This document shows positions 1-8,082 of a stretch of 36,060 nt of DNA, piece after piece. The DNA is taken from positions 1 to 36,060 of the IMG/VR virus record IMGVR_UViG_3300012232_000437, one strand, 5' to 3'. Numbering within the stretch: position 1 is the stretch's first letter; every line of letters begins with the position of its first letter. The DNA is from a virus. Taxonomy: Duplodnaviria > Caudoviricetes. Under the pieces are notes generated by a model that was given only the letters and a program-made list of their open reading frames with translations, was not told the origin of the DNA and ran no database searches. The translations under genes and the position numbers were made by a program.

Positions 1-2
1 GT

Positions 3-53
3 GGCGCTGGTGGGAATGGGGGCGTGGGCGCCTTGTCGCTGACGAAGGTGTAA
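3..53 (+). CDS. 3' end of a Gly-rich protein, probably tail fibre (partial)
   Basis: Reads GAGGNGGVGALSLTKV-stop at the window edge, just before the lysis module. Confidence 0.45.
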   Translation, partial: GAGGNGGVGALSLTKV

Positions 54-322
54 GGGGTGCCTGATGACCCCACTCTGCGTCTTGCTGTTAGGACTCGCCC
101 GCTTGCTCAGAGGGTGCGCCGGGCTGCTCGAGCAATACGTGGCGGCTGTCTCAAAAGACACAGACGGATCGGGGAGAATATGAGTAGGCTCAGGTTCGAA
201 ACTACCGCTGGCCCGCGTTGCACCAGCCCGCGACTTGTCAAGTCGCCACGCTGCGTGCCCCACCTCGTGGGAGGGCGCCACTCCAGCAGGACACGTCGTC
301 CTGTGATTCGGAGAGGTGCTCG

Positions 323-520
323 ATGACCATTCTGTCATTACTTGTCTGGCTGATTGTGATCTGCCTGCTGTTCTGGGCAGTCCGTGCGATTTGTGCGGCC
401 TTCTCGGTGCCTGCGCAGATTGCGCAAGTGATCCAGGTGTTGATGGTCGTCATCTGCGTGTTGTGGCTGCTTACGGCGACGGGTCTGCTGTCTGGCGGGC
501 CGGTGTTGCAGCTGAACTAG
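323..520 (+). CDS. Small two-TM membrane protein (holin-like)
   Basis: ATG after GAGAGG; two long hydrophobic segments; lysis-module position. Confidence 0.65.
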   Translation: MTILSLLVWLIVICLLFWAVRAICAAFSVPAQIAQVIQVLMVVICVLWLLTATGLLSGGPVLQLN

Positions 521-521
521 T

Positions 522-1166
522 GTGGCGAAGCGCGTCGCGATGGGACTTGGCGTGGACTCCACTGGAGGTCCGGTCATTGATCCGACTGACAACGTCAAGT
601 CGCTCATGGAGGCGTCGGTCAAGTCGCTGACGCGCGAGGCGGAACTGCTCGCCCAGTTGGCGGACGAAAAGATTGTGCGCATGGAGCGCGAGTTGATCCA
701 GCAAGAAAAGGTCGCGAATCTCCGAGCGGAGCACGAGAAAGAAATCCGGAAGATGGAGTCCGATCGGGTGAACTCGATTCGGTCAGTGGACGTGGCGAAC
801 GCCGCGGCGACGGCGACACAGCTCCTGACGGCGGTGAACAACTACGCGGCGGCCCAGCAAGCGACCGCGGAGACGCTGCGCAATCAGGTGGCCTCTACGG
901 CGGCGGCGGCGATCGCGAGTCAGTCCGCACTCATCAACCCGATCGTCGAGCGCGTGGCGGTGCTGGAGAAGACCAGCTACACCGGGGCTGGGAAGCAGGC
1001 GGTCACGGATCCGGCGATGGCCGATCTGGTGATGGAAATGCGGAAGCTGACCGGGACGCGCAGCGAAGGCATCAGCTGGGTGGGGGCGCTGGCCATTGGC
1101 GGCGTGGTGTTGGTCAGTGGGCTCTTGGGCATTGCGGGCGTGTTATACGCCGCGCTGAAACCGTGA
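522..1166 (+). CDS. Coiled-coil protein with C-terminal TM helix
   Basis: 214 aa, helical heptad character, hydrophobic C-terminus, abuts previous gene. Confidence 0.75.
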   Translation: MAKRVAMGLGVDSTGGPVIDPTDNVKSLMEASVKSLTREAELLAQLADEKIVRMERELIQQEKVANLRAEHEKEIRKMESDRVNSIRSVDVANAAATATQLLTAVNNYAAAQQATAETLRNQVASTAAAAIASQSALINPIVERVAVLEKTSYTGAGKQAVTDPAMADLVMEMRKLTGTRSEGISWVGALAIGGVVLVSGLLGIAGVLYAALKP

Positions 1167-1219
1167 GCGTATGAACCGGTACTGGTAAGCACGTATGGGC
1201 CTCTCCCTGGCAACGCACT

Positions 1220-1729
1220 ATGGACATCGGATCAACGCTCGTCGTTGACGACGTGGCGCCGAAGCCGAGTGCCGCACGTCTGGCCGAGCGGCTTGAGCAG
1301 CTTGAAGAGGACCGCGAGGATTCGTCTCGGCGGCTCCACATCGAGATTGATGATCTAAAGCGCCGCATCGAGGCCATGACGTTGCTGCAGAACGCGAGCG
1401 AAGTGCGCATGACACGCATCGACTCGACGCCGCTCGACGCGGAGAAGATTCGCTTCGCGCCACGTGTGGTCGTGGCGATTGTGGCCGCGTGCGTCTCGAT
1501 CGTGCTGGGCATGTACGCCGTGAACTACGGCATCCGCTCAGACGTGCGCGACATCCTGACCAGACAGGAACAGCGCGATCGTCTCGAAGAAGTGAATCGC
1601 AAACTCACCGACCAGCAAACGGAAGCGATCACCAAAGCGGTGGATGTGATCGACAAACGACAGCAGTTGCAAGCGATCCAGATCGGAGAACTGAAGGAAA
1701 TGGTTCTCAAGCAAGGCATTGGAAAATAA
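1220..1729 (+). CDS. Coiled-coil membrane protein (lysis region)
   Basis: 169 aa with a central TM segment (VVVAIVAACVSIVLGMYAV). Confidence 0.75.
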   Translation: MDIGSTLVVDDVAPKPSAARLAERLEQLEEDREDSSRRLHIEIDDLKRRIEAMTLLQNASEVRMTRIDSTPLDAEKIRFAPRVVVAIVAACVSIVLGMYAVNYGIRSDVRDILTRQEQRDRLEEVNRKLTDQQTEAITKAVDVIDKRQQLQAIQIGELKEMVLKQGIGK

Positions 1730-2263
1730 AGGAGTCAGTCCGGAATTTGTCTCCAAGTCAGACGATGCTTAATCTTCCAGACCGACAATCGTTGCAAGTC
1801 ATAGTCGCTAGCAATGACCCCGTGAGTGCGAGGGTCTTTGCGAATGGCCCGCACTTGGTCTGGCGTGAGTTTGATCGTGGGCGACGGTGGCATGCCGGGG
1901 TGTCTCTTCTTCGCCATCATGTCGGCCGCGTTATCTCGCTGTGTTCCGAGAAACAGATGCGCGGGATTTACACAGCGCGGCACGTCACAACGGTGCAGGA
2001 CATTCAGTCCCTTAGGTATCGTGCCGTGCGTCAACTGCCACGCGATGCGATGCGCATACATCGGGCGGTCCTTCCGTGTCGACGGATGATCTGGTTGCTG
2101 GACGGACATCTGTCCATACCCTTTGTTGTTTACGGTGGATGTCCAGAGCCAGCATTCAGCCGGTCCGGCGATAGAAACTTTCGACCAGAAACGATTCTTC
2201 ATCTCCATAAGGTGTAAGCATACAGTACATGGACAAAACCAGCAAGTAACGGAAATAAAGGAG
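1724..2263. mobile_element. HNH cassette flanked by 11-bp direct repeat AAATAAAGGAG
   Basis: Repeat at 1724-1734 and 2253-2263 brackets the antisense HNH gene and contains the upstream stop codon and an RBS. Confidence 0.65.
1735..2208 (-). CDS. Free-standing HNH homing endonuclease with C-terminal HTH-like tail
   Basis: RFWSKV..CWLWT, AHRIAW, VLHRCDVPRCVNPAHLFLGTQRDN motifs. Confidence 0.9.
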   Translation of the reverse strand: MEMKNRFWSKVSIAGPAECWLWTSTVNNKGYGQMSVQQPDHPSTRKDRPMYAHRIAWQLTHGTIPKGLNVLHRCDVPRCVNPAHLFLGTQRDNAADMMAKKRHPGMPPSPTIKLTPDQVRAIRKDPRTHGVIASDYDLQRLSVWKIKHRLTWRQIPD

Positions 2264-2272
2264 ATAACCTAC

Positions 2273-2527
2273 ATGGCGTATGAATTTGGCGGACCGGCGT
2301 GCTGCATTTTGGAAATCTGCTGCGGGGGCGCGAAGCAGGTCGAGGCTATGGAGAAATTTCTCCAAGACGTCGCGGGGCTCCCCAAGCCACAAGCCCAGAA
2401 GGCGGCAGAAGAACTGTGCGAGGCATTCGACTTCGCGACCAAGGGCACGTTGGCGCCGTTCAAGAACGACATCATCAAATACGTGCTGACCTACACCGAT
2501 GAAGTCCGGAAGTATCACCAGCCTTAA
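2273..2527 (+). CDS. Hypothetical protein with CCILEICC motif
   Basis: ATG downstream of AAGGAG; 84 aa; ends 3 nt before the lysozyme. Confidence 0.7.
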   Translation: MAYEFGGPACCILEICCGGAKQVEAMEKFLQDVAGLPKPQAQKAAEELCEAFDFATKGTLAPFKNDIIKYVLTYTDEVRKYHQP

Positions 2528-2530
2528 GCC

Positions 2531-2962
2531 ATGGTCGACCGCGAAGCCCTTCGTGCGCAGTTGATTCGCCACGAAGGTCTTCGTTTGTCCGCTTACGCCG
2601 ACTCGCTGGGCTATCTGACGATCGGTGTGGGTCGGCTCATTGACGCGCGCATGGGTGGCGGCATCTCCCATGCCGAAGCGATGCTGCTGCTCGACCACGA
2701 CATTGACGCATGCGTGGCGGACCTCACCGCGCGCTTTCCCTGGTATGAGGCACTGGATGACGTCAGGCAGCGCGCGGTTACGGACCTGCGGTTTAACTTG
2801 GGTGCGCAAGGGCTCAACGGATTCAAGCAGTTCCTGGCCGCGATGGGCCGAGCGGATTACGAGGTGGCCGCCGTTTCCCTCGTGCGCAGTAAGTGGTATG
2901 GCCAAGTCGGGACACGAGCCGAGCGCATTGTGGCCCAAGTGCGGACGGGTCAGGAGTCGTGA
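2531..2962 (+). CDS. Endolysin, phage lysozyme (GH24/T4-lysozyme-like)
   Basis: HEGLRLSAYADSLGYLTIGVG (catalytic E..D..T), FNLG and SKWYGQVG motifs. Confidence 0.92.
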   Translation: MVDREALRAQLIRHEGLRLSAYADSLGYLTIGVGRLIDARMGGGISHAEAMLLLDHDIDACVADLTARFPWYEALDDVRQRAVTDLRFNLGAQGLNGFKQFLAAMGRADYEVAAVSLVRSKWYGQVGTRAERIVAQVRTGQES

Positions 2963-2963
2963 A

Positions 2964-3152
2964 ATGTCTGCGACATGTCTTGTCCTCTTCATGCTCTCGG
3001 ACGACACCGCGGAGATGGTGAAGGGTCCTGATAGCGAGCGGGTCATCGCGATTGCGCGTGCGCATGGGGGCCATGTGCTCGCGAGAGATTCGGACATTCC
3101 TCCACCACGTGAGATTGAACCGGCGCAATCCAACCCTTTCCGAAAGGACTAG
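2964..3152 (+). CDS. Hypothetical protein
   Basis: 62-aa ORF filling the gap between lysozyme and holin-like gene. Confidence 0.45.
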   Translation: MSATCLVLFMLSDDTAEMVKGPDSERVIAIARAHGGHVLARDSDIPPPREIEPAQSNPFRKD

Positions 3153-3156
3153 ACAC

Positions 3157-3546
3157 ATGGGCGACTTTATCGGCGGGATAGGCCATGCACTGTGGGACGC
3201 CGTGCTCCCGTCGATGGCGACGGTCATTGCCGGGATGTTGATGCTGGTCGTGAAGCGGTTTCTCGCCAAACAGGGGCTGGACCTCACCGAGAAGCAAGAG
3301 CAGCGGCTGAAGGAGATCGTGGTGGACAAGATCCACGCGACCGAGGAAGCCGCACGGCGCATCCCGTTGACCAGCGTGGAGAAGAATGCCAAGACAGTCA
3401 ACGATGTCGTCGTGGCGGCCACGGATGATCCTGATCTGCCGAATCCCAGCGTGGAGAAAGTGGCCGCCGTCGTCGATGCGGAACTCGGGAAAACTCGCGC
3501 CGGTTACTTGCCAGACCCAGGACGGCCGGGACTGGGGCGGATATGA
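3157..3546 (+). CDS. Holin-like protein (N-terminal TM, soluble C-terminus)
   Basis: ATG after AAGGA; TM at AVLPSMATVIAGMLMLVV followed by KR; next to endolysin. Confidence 0.6.
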   Translation: MGDFIGGIGHALWDAVLPSMATVIAGMLMLVVKRFLAKQGLDLTEKQEQRLKEIVVDKIHATEEAARRIPLTSVEKNAKTVNDVVVAATDDPDLPNPSVEKVAAVVDAELGKTRAGYLPDPGRPGLGRI

Positions 3547-3686
3547 GAGACGAAACCGATCGCGGCTTCCAAGACTTCAGCGGCAATGAGCTGACGATTG
3601 GATCGACCATCGATGATCCCCGGAGTAGGGACTTGTTGAAACTCAGCCGTAAGACGGTCGGGTATCAACTTCTGTCGAGCGGGAAG

Positions 3687-3815
3687 CTACTTCCGCTTCG
3701 GTTGAGACGGCTTGAGCAGCCTCGCGAGAGCTGTCTGCGGATCTTCGGTGATCACGAGCCGCTCTTCCCTCGGTCCGCGTTTTGTAGGCTTCTTGGGCTT
3801 CTTCGCCTTGGCCAT
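3687..3815 (-). CDS. Small Lys-rich peptide (42 aa), IS passenger
   Basis: MAKAKKPKKPTKRGPREERLVITEDPQTALARLLKPSQPKRK; below the ORF-track cutoff. Confidence 0.55.
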   Translation of the reverse strand: MAKAKKPKKPTKRGPREERLVITEDPQTALARLLKPSQPKRK

Positions 3816-3837
3816 AACCCCTATGCTATAAAGAGAG

Positions 3838-3922
3838 TGCCCCGGCCGGGGGTCGGACCCGGACGACCTGGAAGGTCACCCGCGTGCAAGGCGGGCCTGT
3901 CTACCAATTCAAGCACCGGGGC
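3838..3922 (-). tRNA. Class II tRNA with tRNA-Leu-like body and UGC (Ala) anticodon
   Basis: Acceptor GCCCCGG/CCGGGGC plus A73; D region CTTGAATTGGTAGACAG; anticodon stem CCCGC/GCGGG with loop CTTGCAC; variable arm GACCT-TCC-AGGTC; T arm CCGGG-TCCGACC-CCCGG; no encoded CCA. Confidence 0.85.
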
Positions 3923-3944
3923 ACATTTAAAGGCCGCCGAGCGC

Positions 3945-4244
3945 TCAGCGCTTCTTGGCGGCCTTTGTCTTTCCAATACCGATCAATTTCAGGGACGTCT
4001 CGACCGGATTCGCGACAGCAGCGTCGACGGACAGATTGTTGACCTTGTCGGTCCTCTGCAAGCCGATGTTGAGCACGGGGATGAGTGCAGTCGGTTGCAG
4101 GTTGTCGTCACTAGCCCCGACATTCATGCCGCGTATCCCGAAATTAATGAACAGTCCCCATATCCCGTCATGGATGCCTTGTGCCTTGAGAAGTGCCGTG
4201 ACGACTTCTTTGTGACTAAAACGGATTTGTGTTTGTTCCGGCAT
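3945..4244 (-). CDS. Hypothetical protein, third gene of the TA-like operon
   Basis: 99 aa, globular-looking, overlaps the end of the HTH gene. Confidence 0.75.
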   Translation of the reverse strand: MPEQTQIRFSHKEVVTALLKAQGIHDGIWGLFINFGIRGMNVGASDDNLQPTALIPVLNIGLQRTDKVNNLSVDAAVANPVETSLKLIGIGKTKAAKKR

Positions 4245-4761
4245 ATGTCAAACCCTGCAGAAACGGCTTGTGCTCTCCGTAGGCGAAATCGTGTTCCACC
4301 TTCGTGGTCGTCACGCGACGCTGAAAAGGATTCGGTGGTATTGGCTGTTGCGACCAGTTCCATCGAACGTCGACCAGTGTTTCAGTGTTGGTTACGACCG
4401 TGGCATTCGCCGAGGAAACGTCAGTCGGCTGGCCGGTCTTCTTCCAGCACGCCACAAAGACCTGCGGGTGAATCGGACCAGTGCTATGAACAACGTCGCG
4501 GTCTTTGTAGGCCACAATCGTCACCTTTAACTTCAGGGCACTGGCGTACTGGACGATGTTCTTCAGCGTCAGATTGCCTGGATGATTCAGGATTTGAGAC
4601 ACGCGGCCCTTGGTCACACCAAGGATTTGGGCAAGCTTGGCGCGGTCGATTCCTTCGGCTTCCATCACGTCTTCCAATTGTGCGACGAAGTCGAAGGCGA
4701 TCTGGTAGAGAAATCCTTTGTTATCGCGATTCCCCCAATTGCCTCTCAATGAGTGGTCCAT
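4216..4761 (-). CDS. XRE-family HTH antitoxin (HigA-like) with long C-terminal extension
   Basis: GIDRAKLAQILGVTKGRVSQILNHPGNLTLKNIVQYASAL HTH motif; downstream of a toxin-like gene. Confidence 0.8.
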   Translation of the reverse strand: MDHSLRGNWGNRDNKGFLYQIAFDFVAQLEDVMEAEGIDRAKLAQILGVTKGRVSQILNHPGNLTLKNIVQYASALKLKVTIVAYKDRDVVHSTGPIHPQVFVACWKKTGQPTDVSSANATVVTNTETLVDVRWNWSQQPIPPNPFQRRVTTTKVEHDFAYGEHKPFLQGLTYAGTNTNPF

Positions 4762-5249
4762 CGTCGTCGTCCTTCTCGTCGTCGTCGTTCTTTTCCAAAA
4801 ACACGCTTGACCGCTTCCTGGACCTCCGGGTGCTGACTCATCGCGCGGACGGTCCTCTTAACAGCCGGGTCAGTTCTGAAATCGTCCTTGGCTCTAAAAC
4901 AACAGAGGATACAGACCTCAAGTCGAGGCCTCGGCCGTCCCAAGAACCCATACAAGCGCCGATGCTGTCGTTGGTGGTCCCAGCGGAACACATACCCCAT
5001 GGAAAACTCCTGGTCGTCGGACCATCCGTGGTGAAATTCGCGATGTGCAACGCCAGCCAACCAATCACGGAAACGTGCTTGGACCTTGTCCTGCTCCTCA
5101 AGCCCGGAACTATGCGTGGTGCTGTCGATTCTCCTAAGCACCGGCCACGCATCGACCTCGTCGTTGCCATCAAAAACCAAGTATCCCAATGCCCTGATCG
5201 CCGACCGCGCGCCAGGTATGGGGTAGACCGTCACACGTTGGGGCGGCAT
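4746..5249 (-). CDS. Putative RelE/HigB-like toxin
   Basis: Position upstream of and overlapping an XRE gene; RRLYGF...CILCCFRAKDD resembles the RelE/Gp49 C-terminal strands; fold not verified. Confidence 0.55.
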   Translation of the reverse strand: MPPQRVTVYPIPGARSAIRALGYLVFDGNDEVDAWPVLRRIDSTTHSSGLEEQDKVQARFRDWLAGVAHREFHHGWSDDQEFSMGYVFRWDHQRQHRRLYGFLGRPRPRLEVCILCCFRAKDDFRTDPAVKRTVRAMSQHPEVQEAVKRVFGKERRRREGRRRWTTH

Positions 5250-5261
5250 CTCGACTCCTAT

Positions 5262-5290
5262 AGTTTAGGCATAACTAAACCAGGCGTCAA
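5262..5290 (-). promoter_or_regulatory. Sigma70-type promoter of the TA-tRNA operon with operator-like inverted repeat
   Basis: TTGACG-17 nt-TAAACT, then AGGAG RBS; inverted repeat GTTTAG-N6-CTAAAC at 5263-5280. Confidence 0.7.
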
Positions 5291-5297
5291 ATTGCTG

Positions 5298-5326
5298 TTG
5301 CAATAGGTATCAAGATATGAGATACT
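5298..5326 (+). promoter_or_regulatory. Transposase promoter, probably leaderless mRNA
   Basis: TTGCAA-17 nt-GATACT with ATG 6 nt downstream. Confidence 0.6.
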
Positions 5327-5332
5327 GTATCC

Positions 5333-6340
5333 ATGGTCAAGAACACATCCCCAGTGCTGAATGCATTGAAGTTGGCGGCCGTCAGCGAAGGCGCTGCCGT
5401 CGCGTTTCTCGAACAACAGCGATGGGGCGATGCACCCGCGTGTCCGTGGTGCGGCGATACCGACGTCTATCAAATGAAGGACGCGAGCGGGCAGCGGAAC
5501 AAAGACTATCGCTGGCGTTGTAAGGGCTGTAAGCGAATGTATACGGTTCGCATCGGTACGATCTTCGAGGAAACACGTTTGCCACTGCGCGTGTGGGTGT
5601 ATGCGTTCTGGCGCGCATGTGCGAGCAAGAAAGGCATCTCCGCGTTGCAGCTTGCGCGCGAGATGGAGATCACGCATAAGTCCGCGCTGTTCGTGCTTCG
5701 TCGTATCAGGCACGGCCTCAGCACCGACATCGACAGCACGCCAAAACTCACAGGCTCTGTCGAAGCGGACGAGACGTACATCGGTGGTCGCCCGCGTCGG
5801 TACTTCGGATACAGCAAGAAGCACAAGCCCGGACCAGCTGATAAGACTCCCGTTGTCGGTGTCGTGCAGCGTGGCGGCGACGTGCGGTTCCGCATGTTGG
5901 ATCGCGTCACGTCTGATCGACTTGAAGAATTCCTCGCAGAGAACGCGGACCACACGTGCCGACTGATTACCGATCAGTACTCAGGCTATGCACGTGTCGG
6001 GCAGAAGTTCGCAGGCGGACACGAGTCAGTCAAGCACGTGATCGGTGAGTACGTCCGCAAGGGCACCGACATTCACAGCAACACGATTGAGGGCGTCTTC
6101 TCGCTGATCAAGCGCGGCGTGATGGGCACGTTCCACAGCGTCAGCAAGAAGCACCTGCCGAACTATCTGAACGAGTTTGAATTTCGGTGGAACACGCGCA
6201 AGCTGGACGACGGTCAGCGCATCACGCGTGCGATTCGTCAGGTGGAAGGGAAGCGCTTGGAGTATCGCGAGTCCGTTGATAACCCGCCGTACCTGCCGCA
6301 GTTCAAGGGGCAGGCACCGGCACCATTCGAGGGCGAGTGA
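5333..6340 (+). CDS. IS1595-family (ISXO2-like) DDE transposase
   Basis: Zn ribbon CPWCG..WRCKGC, GISALQLARE, EADETY, ITDQY, HSNTIEGVFS, YLNEFEFRWN. Confidence 0.95.
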   Translation: MVKNTSPVLNALKLAAVSEGAAVAFLEQQRWGDAPACPWCGDTDVYQMKDASGQRNKDYRWRCKGCKRMYTVRIGTIFEETRLPLRVWVYAFWRACASKKGISALQLAREMEITHKSALFVLRRIRHGLSTDIDSTPKLTGSVEADETYIGGRPRRYFGYSKKHKPGPADKTPVVGVVQRGGDVRFRMLDRVTSDRLEEFLAENADHTCRLITDQYSGYARVGQKFAGGHESVKHVIGEYVRKGTDIHSNTIEGVFSLIKRGVMGTFHSVSKKHLPNYLNEFEFRWNTRKLDDGQRITRAIRQVEGKRLEYRESVDNPPYLPQFKGQAPAPFEGE

Positions 6341-6534
6341 AGGAATCTGGAGTACAGATCGTGACCAACTTGGCGGGTGAGATCACCCGTCTATTTGATG
6401 CGTGCGGAGCCTCACAGATCGAACGCTATGCGGCGCTGGACGTCGCGCGAGCGCTCGTATGTGTGAGTAGCGCGTCTATTTCCTTGAGTTCGCCGCGAGA
6501 AGATCCAGTGCCGCCTGAATCTGGCGCAGGGTGA
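6337..6534 (+). CDS. Small hypothetical protein in the IS
   Basis: GTGA overlap with the transposase stop; 65 aa. Confidence 0.35.
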   Translation: MKESGVQIVTNLAGEITRLFDACGASQIERYAALDVARALVCVSSASISLSSPREDPVPPESGAG

Positions 6535-6586
6535 TATTGAGGGTCCGAAGTTCGTTCACGAGTGCAATCGCGCTGGAGTCATTCAT
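6476..6586 (-). CDS. Small helical peptide (36 aa) in the IS
   Basis: MNDSSAIALVNELRTLNITLRQIQAALDLLAANSRK, amphipathic pattern. Confidence 0.35.
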   Translation of the reverse strand: MNDSSAIALVNELRTLNITLRQIQAALDLLAANSRK

Positions 6587-7020
6587 GGTGATTGGAGCGT
6601 ATTTCAGCGATGGCGTCGTTTCAACAAATACATAGTCCCGGATGATCCAGCGGCGGTACGCGTGGCCTCACCCAGTGGCGTCAACAAGATCAGCGGCAAT
6701 GTGCTGACGCCGGAAGGCACACAGCTCGAGAAGACGCTGCTGGTGCTGACGATGGACGAGTCTGGCGGCTGTTACGACTTCCAGGCGCAGCTGCCTGGAC
6801 GCACCGACGACAAGGGCATGATTCGCTTGGCCCGCCTGTCGCCACAGGGCTTTGAATTGTTCGTGCCGATCATCCACAGCACCCAAGCGCCACCGCCGCC
6901 CGCACCTCCTGACAGCAGCGACCCCCTGCATGGCATTCCCGCTGGTGACTTTTCCAGGATATTGGAAATGTACGGCTTCGCGTCCGATATGCAAGAGGCC
7001 TACGGCAATGCCCGCGTAAC

Positions 7021-7209
7021 GTGGTGATTCAGCGGCAGGACGAACGGGACGACTATCGGCGCTTCCCAAAGACGGCGCCAGTGCCTACTGGCATCACACC
7101 AGAGGAGCGGCTGCAGCGCGTGCTGGACGTGGAGGCGGCTCGCGCCGAATTCGCGCCGATGGAGCTCGATGACGATAAGGTGCAGGCGTTTCTGAGCGGT
7201 CGATCTTGA
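7021..7209 (+). CDS. Hypothetical protein, or frameshifted tail of the split gene
   Basis: 62 aa overlapping the stop at 7027; protein-like composition. Confidence 0.5.
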   Translation: MVIQRQDERDDYRRFPKTAPVPTGITPEERLQRVLDVEAARAEFAPMELDDDKVQAFLSGRS

Positions 7210-7596
7210 CTGCACGAGTTCCACGGGGACAACATGGACCGCGCAGGGGCACATAACCCAGACAGGCACCGGGCTGGACGGCCCTACTGAATTGGGCAAC
7301 TTCACAGAGGCGCTTGCCGCGGAGGTGCAGCGGTTGCGCGCGGTGCTGCTGCAGATTATCCGGACACCGGGAGCCGATGTGGAACGGCTCAAGGCGATTG
7401 CCCGAGAGGCGCTGGAGAAGTGAGCCCCAATGATGCGGCGCGGCGGTGGCTCTGGATCCTGCTGGGCGCGACCGTCTGGGCCGTCTGGGACTCGTGGCGC
7501 CGCGGCTGGCTGTAGTCTGCGCCGTTCACTGTGACCTCACAGCTGGGAAACCCCGCTCATCCCCGGGCGGGGGTGAGGTCGCGGTGGACGGCCAGT

Positions 7597-7800
7597 TCAG
7601 TCGTCCCCTTCATCATCCGGGGTCCAGCGCTCATTCGCGGCTGAGTGCGGCTCGAGTGTCCCGTCTCGGTTGGCGCCGTAGACAAACAGCCCCACGACCA
7701 CGGCACCGCCCAGCAGGCAGAGGCCGACAAAGACGAGGCCGACAAGCGCGGCGGTGCCTAGGGCCAGGACATGACCGGATGAATGCAGCAGAGTGGTCAA
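7597..7800 (-). CDS. Small membrane protein
   Basis: Long hydrophobic stretch, acidic tail, GAGGT upstream. Confidence 0.45.
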   Translation of the reverse strand: MTTLLHSSGHVLALGTAALVGLVFVGLCLLGGAVVVGLFVYGANRDGTLEPHSAANERWTPDDEGDD

Positions 7801-8082
7801 CGCACACCTCGGGGAAGGCTGGCAGGCGCAGCACTGAATTGGGGCTGTACTAGTGAGAACGAATGCTGGCAGGGGACCGAACGACTGTGCAGATCCGACT
7901 CAGGCAAAACATGTAGCCGGATCTGTAATTGCACGAAAACGCGCGCAGGGGCGTGAATTTTACATTCGGCGGCTGATGATCGTGCGTTTAATGTGACGAA
8001 CCCATAGACGGAGGCGCCCCCACCGTGGCACGAGCGAACCAGAGAGCCGATGAGGTCGAAGTGCTGACCCGCTATCGAGCGG

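Larger units (their letters stand above)
3620..6640. mobile_element. IS1595-family element with passenger genes, 3021 bp
   Basis: 23-bp imperfect IRs (3620-3642, 6618-6640; 18/23 match); 8-bp target duplication GATGATCC at 3612-3619 and 6641-6648; internal transposase. Confidence 0.92.
3543..7027 (+). pseudogene. Phage gene (~151 aa) split by the IS1595 element
   Basis: Joining 3543-3619 to 6649-7027 restores one frame (..GSTIDDP-AAVRVASPSGVNK..). Confidence 0.85.

Noticed and set aside
3838-3922. tRNA as a prophage attachment site
   Set aside because: It lies inside the IS boundaries, no duplicate of its 3' end was seen, and no integrase is in the window
3543-5306. 587-aa ORF on the + strand
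   Set aside because: Only the first 26 codons belong to the real, split gene. The rest is read-through into the IS, antisense to the TA-like genes and tRNA, with an Arg/Ser-rich non-protein-like composition
5258-5953. Long antisense ORFs, including 5258-5953, 2156-3133, 29130-29966 and 32263-33531
   Set aside because: Shadow frames opposite well-supported genes in GC-rich DNA
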